Assembly (NCBI GenBank): GCA_032718475.1
Contig: JAUCBJ010000566.1
Span: forward strand, 1 to 64,000
Direction: 5' to 3'
DNA length: 64,000 nucleotides
Origin: Nemertoderma westbladi
Taxonomy: Eukaryota; Animalia; Xenacoelomorpha
This document shows, piece after piece, positions 51,225 to 62,394 of the stretch (within the stretch, counting starts at the first letter, position 1; each line of letters begins with the position of its first letter). Made by a program: the position numbers and the translations under genes. A model generated the notes under the pieces. It ran no database searches, was not told where the DNA came from, and was given only the letters and a program-made list of their open reading frames with translations.

Positions 51225-51344
51225 GTTTGCTTGTACAGTTGAATGCCTACTGCTATGTTACAGTTAAAGCAAATCTAGTAATTCAGTATCAACTGATAGC
51301 CTAGTAATTAATTACCGATATCGTCACTAAATGTAACTTGATAT

Positions 51345-51730
51345 ATATATATAATATATTAGAATACCGGTATGCTTATAGTATATATAAGTATTATTAC
51401 AGACTAGGTTTGTCACAGAATACCAGTATATAATTTTAGCACAAATATATAAATATATAATAGGCCTATCGTGAATACCGGTATACAGTTTACACTTATA
51501 GTATATATAAGTATAATTATGGATCAGAATTAATTACAGAATACCGGTATAATTTCAGCCTAAATTTATAAATATATAATAGGCCTATCGTGAATACCGG
51601 TATACAGCTTACACTTATAGTATATATATAAGTATAATTACAGACTAGATTTGTCACAGAATACCGGTATGATTTCAGCCTAAATTTATAGAAATAAATA
51701 TAATAAGCTTATGGTAAATACCGGTATGTC
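51345..51730. repeat. About three ~120-bp tandem units in the BEL 5' leader
   Basis: GAATACCGGTAT...CTTATAGTATATATAAGTAT...CAGAATACC repeated. Confidence 0.85.
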
Positions 51731-52680
51731 AATTATTTTGGAATAATTGAATTTCTGAATTTTAGGGGTTACTTGGTTACTTCAACTTACTTTATTACCG
51801 TTATTTAAGCAGTAGTCCAACTGATTAAGACCTAATTGTTGTACGCCAGGCCTACTATTTTATAAATCGGTTTGAGTTGATTTATAATATATATACCCGT
51901 TAAAATGGGTTTTGTCAATATTTGAAATAAATGTTATTATTTCTGGGGGAGTCACTACACAGAAGCTGTGCGCTCTCAGTGAAGTGCTACTTGTTGGACA
52001 CTAAAACAAATAATTCTAATTTACATAAGTTACTTAATACTACAAATTACGTACAATTCTGGGTGAGATTACAATCTCTAAATAAACACAAAAATTTACA
52101 AGTACGAATTTTTTTAGTGTAATTTTACAAGAAGTCTACAAACCAGCCTAACAAAGGGTTAGAATATCTGGTTATTACAACGGACAGGGTACTACGGTAT
52201 TTGAAAATAATAAGTAGTAGTAAATATACTGCGTTGTCCAGATAGGAAAATACCACCGTCTGACGACTTATAGCCGTATCGCTATAAGTACTACGTTATG
52301 TATCACGGAGTGTTCCTACCTAGAAGTTAATTACCGCGGTCTACCAGAACCAACGTGTCTATTAACCACTTTACAACACAAATATACTGCCTACACACTA
52401 ATTACCTTCGGAAAGCACTGTACACTAAACCCTAAATTAGGTACAAGTACTTATACAACCAATAATCAGTAGTTAAAAATACTTGAACAGCTAAAGAACC
52501 ACGGTATCTGCTGGAGTGACCAGGGCACAAAATCACCAGTCTTTACCTACGCCAAGCAGCCCTGATGTAGTACCGGGGTTAATTTAACTATAACGGTATA
52601 TATAACAAGCACAATTACTGTAGGAATTAACTTGGGGATATGAATGTTGCGAATAATTGCATAAACTCTGAATAATAAAT

Positions 52681-53250
52681 ATTACGCTACGCGTACAGAC
52701 TACTCAAACAAAATGCAGACCAAATGCTGACAGACTACTATCAAGCCTAAACAAACTACGGTATATGCAGACTCCGAAATGGTTAGTTAGTATGCGTTCT
52801 AACCAAGTAGTACGACTTATTCTTTCGAAGGGGTTTACCTCACAGCATTGGAAGCCCCTACGTTCCCAACTGGCACTTTATCGGACATACACTCTACACA
52901 CACCGAAATCTCTTCAGACCTAACAACAGCCAGGCAAAATCCAGCCTACAAATTATCTAAATAAGAAATATTACGCTACCCGTACAGACTACACAAACAA
53001 AGTACAGACCAAACGCTGGCAGACTACTATCAAGCCTAAATACACTACAGTATATGCAGACTCCGAAATGGTTAGTTAGTATGCGTTCTAACCGAGTAGT
53101 ACGACTTATTCTTTCGAGGGGGTTTACCTCACAGCACTGGCAGCCCCTACTTTCCTAACTGGTACTTTTTCGGACATACGCTCTACACACACTACAGTCC
53201 CTTCAGACTTAACAACAGTCAGACAACAGTCCAGCCTACAAATTATCTGT
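52681..53250. repeat. Two ~290-bp tandem units in the BEL 5' leader
   Basis: ATTACGCTAC...GCAGACTCCGAAATGGTTAGTTAGTATGCG...CCAGCCTACAAATTATCT occurs twice. Confidence 0.9.
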
Positions 53251-53520
53251 ACAATCTGAGCAGGCTTACACGCCTTCTGCTCAATATTGGCCTACAAATA
53301 AATAAAACTGACAGAAATAAGTAAAATCCCAATAAAAACCAGGCGTCCCCGATTACTTATTAAGACCTACCGGTATATAATTATCAAAATCGAATAATAC
53401 TGCTGTACCTGTACTGCTGTAAGTACCGGTCCGGGTGGTTAGGTAGTCAGGCCTACTGGGTACCGGTTGCCGATACTTCAGCTTTATTGCCTACCGCAAT
53501 ACAGAAGCTATATCTGTTAT

Positions 53521-54709
53521 TGTTCGCGCTTTCAGACCTTTAGCAGTTTAACCTGCCAAATTGGGATATCTTCTAGATAATAGATAGTCTTTAGCCTATG
53601 ACGAGTATTTGATACACTACATTAGCCGAAGCCAGTCTATGCGCGATCATTCACCCGCTGGATATACCCGGGAGACTGGATTCGGAAGCCTAACCGTATT
53701 GCGGTGTAGGCCTACTGTATTATTCGACTGATCGTAATATATAATCTCTGACAAATATTATTCACTTTCGGGAAATATTAACAGTTCCTTTAGGACGTGG
53801 CGCTCTAAATATGTAAACAGAGTTATGACTTAAACTAGACACAACGGGAAGGCTATAGATTCACGTATATGGCGCATTCTTTAGGAGATGCTTTGTTATC
53901 AGTCACAATCCTACACAATACTGCACAAGTGCACAATGCTGCACACCGATCTGCCGACCTTCACTAATTTTAGTCACATACAAAGAGAACAACAACCAAT
54001 ACATGTAGTGCCTATGAAATAGCATTAGATTCACTTCAAAACCACTTTAATGTAAGTCGCAATCGTTATATGTAACCGGTCTCTCTTACCTTCAGTATAT
54101 CAAGAAGATTGAGGGTTTGTAATTATTTATCGGTATTCCAAATATAATAATATTCCATCAACAGATATAATGAATAACCGACAGTAAATAGAAGTAAAAT
54201 GTTAAGGTATAAATTGTTATGATATGTAAGATATGTGAGGTTTGTTAAGTTATGATAACAGATATACGTTCTATAATTAAGCCTACTAATGTTGGGCTAA
54301 AGACTGAAAACACAGAGATTCCAAAAGCCGGTCTTCTGGGCTCAGGACAAAATGTAAACATTGACCCATAATGCATTGCGCGATTTCCCGGAGGTTTCTG
54401 TACAAAAAGCAGGAGAATCGCCCTGATTGGTTGACCGAACAAAGAAACATCAGAGAACAAGGAAAAAGCTACACGTGTACAGCTCAGCTGTTAGCTGTCG
54501 TCATAGTAACTACACTGTTTCAAGAGGATCCAGCGCATTGCGTCATAGAATTGCTAATTATGTCCGCTAAAGTACACATACAGAAGAAATGGCTTTTATG
54601 TCCTCTAAAAACACCAGTACAGTAAGGACACGGCCCTTTTTGCCTGTTAAACCAACTACAGAGTACTTTGCGGGGAAAATAACCGGCTAATTCCGCAAAA
54701 GCTTTTACA
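53521..54709 (-). repeat. 5' LTR of the BEL element (1189 bp)
   Basis: By eye it differs from the 3' LTR by about a dozen substitutions and three small indels. Confidence 0.95.
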
Positions 54710-54714
54710 GGTTC

Positions 54715-55660
54715 CAATAAGGAAGTGACTTGGACTAAGGGGTTCTATGTCAGTAACGTCATCAGCCTAGTAGTAGGTCAAGGGCCTGCTGTTTACAGAG
54801 GCTTCTATTGTTAATAATACTCTGTATAATTCGTCAGCATTTAGAACAGCACACCCTAATATTTTTCGTAAACAAGATTTTGTTGCTCCTACGAGACTTT
54901 CTAAATCCATATGCTGAGGGAATTCGGGCGACATTACGTTCGCATTGAATTTGTAATTCACTAAAAGTAGACTCTACTGACTTTTCATCGAGAAAAATTT
55001 TATTTGCACGTAATTCTAGTCACTCTAGTCACTAGATTTAGTCACTCTAAAGTTTCCAGCGTTATCACTAAACATAAGTTTAGTGACACCACATCTGGCT
55101 ATGAAACGCTTGAATGTTTTCAAGAAGGCGTGAGCTTAATGAGTTGACTATTTCTAAATGCACTGCACGAATGACTGTATATATGTAATTAACGCAATCC
55201 ATTGTTTACCCATTACAGTGTTTACATTTAAGGGGTTTGCACAAACTAGTCCACAAAAATCAACACCAGAGTATTCAAATGGTCTTGAACCTTCTTTAAG
55301 GCGTGTCTCGGGTAATGGGCTATGCTCAGGCATAACATATAGTTTGCCTTGAACTCGTTTTCATCTACCACATGCAAATAATAACACTCTCGACAACTTG
55401 TTATCGATGTGGAACTGAATAATCTTCCCGAACTTCCACTAATGTTTCTCACACATGAGAGAAACACACTGCTTACACATGGCTTTCACATGGCTTACTC
55501 TCTCGTCTGCCTCTAAAATGACAAGCTTAGTAAAATGCGCTTCTGGATTCAAAAGTTTAGAATATTTAGCTTTTCAGTTTCTAACCTTACGACCTTTGCG
55601 CCTAATAATACCCTTTGGATCTAAGTATGGATTTAGAAGATTTACAATGCTGCTAGGACC
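54715..55660 (-). pseudogene. Older BEL/Pao integrase remnant (target of the large BEL and of the Gypsy)
   Basis: RPFEYSGVDFCG, SDNAG, ESLVGATKSCLRKILG..LNADELYRVLLTIEASVNSRPLTY; many disruptions. Confidence 0.8.
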
Positions 55661-55661
55661 T

Positions 55662-57629
55662 TGTGGGCGTATCTACTATTGCTGCAAGGCAGCAGACGAA
55701 CAAAACCTTTGTCTGGAGCAGATACTATAATCAAATATAATAGGGTCCTCTGAGGACCGGTCAGGGCATGTAGTAAGTAGCCTAGATAAAAGAGTGCTAG
55801 TACTGACTGACTAACACCGACATACTGACTGTCCAACACCGGTAGGTCTTCCCTTCTCGTCCCCGGATATCCCTGGGGCGAGCCATATATTATCACCACA
55901 CCCCCTTACGAGCTCGGATTAGCCGTTTAAGGCTGTGCCGAGCTATCAACAGTTCTGTCCTACAGTCTGTCGGGTGGCTGACGCGTCTGTTTTGGATACA
56001 TCGAAACTGAAAGTTTATCGAAGGTCTGAGTTTCCACTAGGGGTTCACGCCAGCGCAGTTTCTTGGTGGGTGTGGGTCCCGTTGGGGCCGCGTCCGGTGG
56101 CGGAGGGCCCGTTGGGGCCGCGTCCGGTGGCGGAGGGCCCGTTGGTGTCGCCTGGTGGGCGGTGTCCGGGATTAGGAAGCATCGGTTCCGGACAAGGGTG
56201 CGTCCGGACGGCATCCGGACTGTATACTTCCGGTGGGAACCAGTCTCTACGACGGTTCCAGCGCGATCCCATCGCTTGGTGGTCTGGTGTTGAACCCTTA
56301 CCCGGGCGCCTACCGTGAGAGGTTCCAAATCTTTGGCACCGCGGTTGTACTGGGTGGTCCGGGCCGATTTGATGGCTGGTGCCACCCGGTCTAGCTCCGT
56401 CCGGGTCTCTTGTATAGTCCGGGCGAAGGCGGTGTGGTGAGCTGGGACACGCGTCCGCATTGGGTGTCCGAAGACAATGTCCGCTGGGGAAGAGCCGCTC
56501 TCCCTGGGGCTGTTGCGAAGTTCCAGGAGCCCCTCCAGGAACACTTCGGACGTAGTAGAGCCCCCGGTCTTTACCAGAAGGCTCTTCAGGGCCTTTACCG
56601 CCGACTCGGCGTGCCCGTTACTCTGGGGGTATTCTGGTGACGACGTGACCGGTGTGACCCCCCATTCCTTCAGGAATTTCGTCGTCGCTGCCGCGGTGAA
56701 TGGGGTCCCGCCATCCGAGCGAAAGCGGGTTGGCACCCCGTACCCGATGAACCAGTCGCGCAGGGCGGTGATTGTCCGGTCGGCAGTAGGTGGGGCGGAA
56801 AACGAGTACACTTCCGGCCAACCGGAATATCGGTCGGCGGCGGCCAGGAAGTGCTTCGCCCCAAGGGAGAAGATTAGGTTGAAGTGTGGGAGGCCGAGAA
56901 GGTACGTACGGCACTTCTGCACTGCCCATACGACGGCGAGCAGCTCGACTTCAACCATGGCATACCGGGACTCGGTCTCGGTGGTGAACCTCGTGCCGCA
57001 CTCGACCAGCTTCCAGTCCTCCCCGTGAAGTTGGAGGAGGGCGTAGCCGAGGCCCTTCAGCCGGGACGCGTCTGTCACTAGGCGGGTCTCCCGGGTCGTG
57101 TCGAACGGGACGAGGGCCGGCGGTGACGTCAGAGCCAGCTTGGTGGCCTCGAAGGCCCGTTCGTGGTCCACCGTCCAGATGAAGGTCGCCTTCGTGCTTA
57201 GGAGGGGACGTAGCGGGGACATCGCGGCAGCGATGTCTGCTGAGAACGGAGCGAGTTGCTCCACCAGTCCGAGGAAGCTCCGGAGATCGGTGATGTTCCC
57301 AGGGCGGGGGAAGCCGGCGATCGCCTTCAGTTTCTCAGGGTCGGCCTTTATCCCGGAGGCGCCGACGAGGTACCCAGCGAACCGAACCTCGGTCTGGGCA
57401 AACTGAACCTTCCCCGGGTGTAACGTGATCTTGTAGGTCCGGCACCGCTCCATAAACCTCGCGATGTTCTGCATGTGCTCCTCCATCGTATCGTCATAGA
57501 GGAGTACATCGTCTATGACCTTGATGAGGTTAGGAAGTCCCTGGATGGCGTTGTCGCCTCGACGGTTAAACTCGTCGCCGGACGAGATCAGCCCCATCAC
57601 ACTACGAGTGTGACAGTACCAGCCCCAGG
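55662..57629 (-). mobile_element. 5'-truncated GC-rich Gypsy element with 3' LTR (55662-55900)
   Basis: LTR TGTGG...CCACA preceded by PPT AAGGGGG; pol piece 55960-57600; 30-bp tandem repeat at ~56075-56145. Confidence 0.88.
55960..57600 (-). pseudogene. pol: Gypsy pol fragment (RT, RNase H, integrase) with an in-frame internal deletion
   Basis: VIDDVL, LRSFLGL, VTDAS, ESRYAMVEVELLAV, then directly DRYSGW, SDGG.PF, PQSNGHAE. Confidence 0.88.
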
Positions 57630-60468
57630 CATAAAAATGATTTTTACTTTGAAATATCTCAAAAAAGATCTTTATTTTTTTTTATACATGGCAGTATATA
57701 CTGCTATGGATATATCAATATATTTCTCAAATAAATGGTAAAGAAACAGTGTATATACCTTTTCGCATTGTCGAACTTAAACAATCAATATGATTGTGCT
57801 TGGCTAGTTTTTTTTACCCTTATATCTTTTATATGAGTCACTGAGTGGTTAATGGGATAAAAACAAATTATAATATCTAGCACTATCTAGATAGCACGTA
57901 GGCCCTAGTATGTAGCACAAATATCTCACAAATAAATGAAATTGTTGTGGTTACTAGTATGCTTGTGGCAGGCTACCTCACCTCTTATTAGTTATTACTT
58001 AAAGTGCATGAATGTAATGTGATGTTAATAATAAATTATAATGTTACTTATAAACATATATATCCTAATTACACGTTCGTGGGGCCTTCGCGCAGCACGA
58101 GGCCCAGTTATGAGATACAAATTAAAATTGTGCGACTGTATCACAAAATCAGGTTATGAGAGATTAACCCACACCACCAATTAATCAAAGAAAGGGGGAC
58201 AGTACGTGTTCACCCCTTTTAATCTGCACACCCCCCCCCCCCCCTCCCCCCACCCACCAATGCATAACCGCGACATATACCACCCACGGAAGGGTAGCAC
58301 GAACTTATTTCCAAACGCACGTTCAATATGCAAAGCCAGGTGGTTTATAGGAATATAATCAATGCAGTACTCGTCTTCATTATAATCCTCTTTGCGTTCG
58401 ACCTGTTTTGTATTAAAATATATTTATCAAACGCAGGCTGACGCTCTTTATAATAATAATACCTAGGGATGCCAGCTTCCAGACTTTCAATCTTTACTGC
58501 CACGCAAACCCCGCAGAGGAAGTTTTGGTTTGAGAGATCAAGCCCATTGGCAATTGGTGTTTCAATTTCGGTCCAGGAACTCTGACAATGGGAGCATTCA
58601 ATCTTAGCTGTGGTCCATTCCCGTGGTTTCGGCTTCCTTTTCTTCGTCCCAATGACAGATTCTTCTGAAGACGTTCGATTCGCTTTCAGTTTATTGTTGG
58701 CGTTTGTGTTTTGAAGTTGTATTCGAGTGGACAGTCGCGCCGGTTTCGAGGTAACCATACCGACCTGTGATAAGCGTTGGTTTTGTTGAGTGCCGGTATT
58801 CATCTTCTCTCACCTCTTCAATGTCAGATGTTGCAAATACTGATAACACGAATAACGGTATATATTTCAATACTTGTCAATAGCAATATATATAATTTAG
58901 ATAACTATTTTATATCTGTACTGTTGAGCAAATTCTACATAAATTCCAACCTGTGTATCGCCGGTACTGCTGTTGCTGTGCAAGTCTGCAAGTGCTGAAG
59001 TGCTGGTTGCCACCGGTCAGCCGGTACCGGTAGTAGGGTGGTACCTACGGTGCGCACTACAACGGCAGTACAGCAATACGGTGTACCGTGCCAATAACTG
59101 AATGATTAGCGGTAACTATCTAAACTATTATATTATTATTACCGGTGCCGGTACTGGGCTAATTACTGAATTAGGCCTAAACTATAATCACCGCAAGGGT
59201 TGCCGGTTGCTTTAATTAGATTACGTGATATGGCATGTCTGCAGTGTATTTTACCGTCTGACCAGTATTGCAGTATTGACTGATTGCAGGATTCTCGATT
59301 CAGGGATTGAGTACAACCTGACAGTACCGGTACACATGGTACATGCAGACTGCCCCAATGTATTGCAAAATTTGTCAGAAACACAGCTGATTTATCCTAC
59401 AGTAATAATAATTTAACGCATTTTAAATTTGGATAAATAAATTTATTATAACTGCAATAACAGTTACACTGATGCTGCACGAAGGCCCCACGCAAATTCT
59501 ACTTGGAAAATTTTCAAACTTTTGCCAAACAACATGTGTACCAAGTTTGGATAGATTTCATCAAGGATTGGCCGAGTTATTAACGTTTAAAATAAAATAC
59601 TGAAAAAAACGCGACAGAACGACAGGTTCATTAATGGTACCCCTACACTAAGGCTCACTCACTTCGTGGCTCGCCCCACACTTTCACATCCTAGTATTTC
59701 TGCTACTGCAAGGTATAGCCAGGCCAGCAGGTCCTAGTATTAAGTGAGTAGTTCTAGGCACCAGGTACTAAACCTGGTGTCGAAATTGTTGCTTACTATA
59801 CTCTTGATGATATTAGCCAATGGGAGGTCTTCACAATATCCAGGCCAGCCAGAATATTAAGCCTGTGCTTGCAGAATTAGTTCCCCAGTCTTGAGGCTGC
59901 TACTACTATAGTAAGCAACAATTTCGACACCAGGTTTAGTACCTGGTGCCTAGAACTACTCACTTAATACTAGGACCTGCTGGCCTGGCTATACCTTGCA
60001 GTAGCAGAAATACTAGGATGTGAAAGTGTAATTAGGATATATATATTTATAAGTAACATTATAATTTATTATTAACATCACATTACATTCATGCACTTTA
60101 AGTAATAACTAATAATAGGTGAGGTAGCCTGCCACAAGCATACTAGCAACCACAACAATTTCATTTATTTGTGAGATATTTGTGCTACATACTAGGGCCT
60201 ACGTGCTATCTAGATAGTGCTAGATACTACAATTTGTTTTTATCCCATTAACCACTCAGTGACTTATATAAAATATATAACGGTAAAAAAAACTAGCCAA
60301 GCACAATCATATTGATTGTTTAAGTTCGACAATGCGAAAAGGTATACACTGTTTCTTTACCATTTATTTGAGAAATATATTGATATACTCCCTAGCAGCA
60401 CTGCCATGTATAAAAAAAAAATAAAGATCTTTTTTGAGATATTTCAAAGTAAAAATCATTTTTATGCC
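57628..60468. repeat. Foldback structure: ~560-bp arms (57628-58074 plus 59682-59800, versus 59907-60468) around a ~106-bp spacer
   Basis: Reverse-complement match runs from GGCATAAAAATG to ...GCTTACTATA; the left arm is split by a 1.6-kb insert. Confidence 0.85.
58075..59677 (+). mobile_element. Non-autonomous Helentron/HINE-like insert
   Basis: Asymmetric subterminal IR GTGGGGCCTTCGCGCAGCA (58079-97) / TGCTGCACGAAGGCCCCAC (59473-91); degenerate 3' hairpin-like motif at ~59652-59677; ACAC at both junctions. Confidence 0.6.
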
Positions 60469-60687
60469 GATTAACAAATATGACATAGTTAAACACATGC
60501 AAAGAGATAGCGAAAACCTCAAACTTTGAGGTGGCATATCTCGTGATTGCAAGCAGTTCAAGATCTAAAATTTAGCATGAGTTACTTACTCAGTAAGTAC
60601 TAGCTCTCCACCAAATTTCAAAAAAACCCAAGTACCTAAGGTAAAAAATGCTTTAAAAGTGTGATGATTTCGTGCGGAATGTCCCTT
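60469..60687. mobile_element. Probable DNA-transposon terminus contiguous with the foldback arm
   Basis: Ends GATTTCGTGCGGAATGTCCCTT-ATA, which looks TIR-like; no partner end seen in the window. Confidence 0.35.
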
Positions 60688-60689
60688 AT

Positions 60690-61810
60690 ATGTTGCTACA
60701 GTCCAACCAATGCCTCAGAGCCAGAACAAGAGGTCAAGTTTTATGAAGATCTGACTGGACTTATAAAGGACATTCCGAAACACAATGTTATAAAGGACAT
60801 TCCGAAACACAATGTTAAAGTCATTGCAGGCGACCTGAATGTGCAAATTGGCCCAGAAGACATCAAGGGTTACACCTATAACACCAGTTCTAACAGAAAT
60901 GGGTACTTACTTTTAGACCTAATGGAAGAATGTGAATTGATACCAACAAACAACACATTCGAAAATAGTAAGGGGAAGCTATGGACCTTTCAATACCGTA
61001 ATGGAACCAAAGCACAACTGGATTACATCCTTATATACAAAAAGTGGAGAAACAGCATGATGAACTGCGAGGCATACAGCTCGTTCAACCTAATTGGTTT
61101 GGACCACATAATTGAGACTGCAGAGACCAGACACAGTTTGAGAGCCAGCAAACCCAGGACAAGCAAGCAAATCAACTATGACTGGGAGAAGAAACTCAGA
61201 ACTGACAATGCTGTACAGGATGCTTACAGTAGAAGTTCAAAACCGCTTTGAAGCACTTCAGTCAATGGATGAAGACCAGTCCACTGATTCAATATACCAG
61301 AACATAATAACAGCCCACAAGGAATCAGCTAAGACGCATATCCCCCAGAAACCCGAATGAAAACAGTATGTGCTATTGCAAAACTCTGAGGTTACTTGTA
61401 AGAGAGAAGATCTTAAGATAGCCTACAAAGTTAAAACCGATGAAAACATTAACAAGGTTGAGAAAGCTAAGGATGATCTTAAATTAGCCTACAACATCAG
61501 CCAGGAAAAGTACATACAGGATAAAATTGAAGCAATTACAACTGCTCACATACAGCAACAATCAAGACTTACCTGGCAAACTGTAAATGAGGTATCTGGT
61601 TGGAAAAGTTGTGCAAAGGGGTGCCTCAAAGCCGATAGTCCTGAAGAACGTATTGGAAAGTGGAAAAATCACTTCAGCAACTTGCTTGGGCAGCCACCAA
61701 ACATCGAGGTCAGCCCTACAAGGAAAATATATGACAAGACACTACCTATAGAAACATGGGACTTCACACCTGCTGAACTCCAAAGAAGCATTAAAAGTAT
61801 CAAAGCCGCA
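60690..61810 (+). pseudogene. RTE-clade LINE fragment (AP endonuclease and linker)
   Basis: CYSPTN, AGDLN, KLWT...KAQLDYIL, DH, QNRFEAL, WKNHFSNLLG; 24-bp internal duplication IKDIPKHN. Confidence 0.85.
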
Positions 61811-62394
61811 ATATATCACATATATATCCGTATATTTAGTTTCATCAAAATAAGCCTAAAGCCCGACTAGTCTAGTTTAGAATGTAAAATACACAAACCA
61901 TCACCACAAGCAGTTACATAATACTAATAGTTATAAAACACTATTGGCCATATAGTTTTATCTATAAAAGTATAGCAATTCTGTAGGTTCATGTAGGCCT
62001 TATATTTAGTTATATTTGTTACCCAGTACTGGTAAGTAAGTATTGTCCCATAGGCATTGTAGTTTTATCTGTCGCATTGGCCTCCTCCTAGTCTATGTCC
62101 CGTCTTTCTTCCATACTGTGGACCAGCATTGCTCGGATTGTACCAGTCTGGTTTCTTTCTGGCCCTCTTCTGTCCACTAACCACCTTTTTCCTGGCGCTC
62201 CATTAGTGCTGGCGCCTCTAATTATTCATGACTTCCCGATTTTGTCCCTGGTTCCGTAGCTGGCTGATCTACTACCTTTATGTCTAGATAGTCCCCGTAA
62301 TCTGAACTGATTACATCATCCCGCTCACTATGATGTGGAGATGTATTTAGGCATGCAGGTCTGCTGTGTAATAGTTTACACTTAGCCATGTTCC

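Larger units (their letters stand above)
37072..54709 (-). mobile_element. Full-length 17.6-kb BEL/Pao LTR retrotransposon
   Basis: Two TGT...ACA LTRs, 5-bp TSD GGTTC (37067-37071, 54710-54714), gag-PR-RT-RH-IN order with BEL motifs. Confidence 0.95.

Noticed and set aside
54245-54717. Short ORFs within the 5' LTR
   Set aside because: No domain signal, and a 1-nt indel in the 3' LTR copy breaks the frames that span it.
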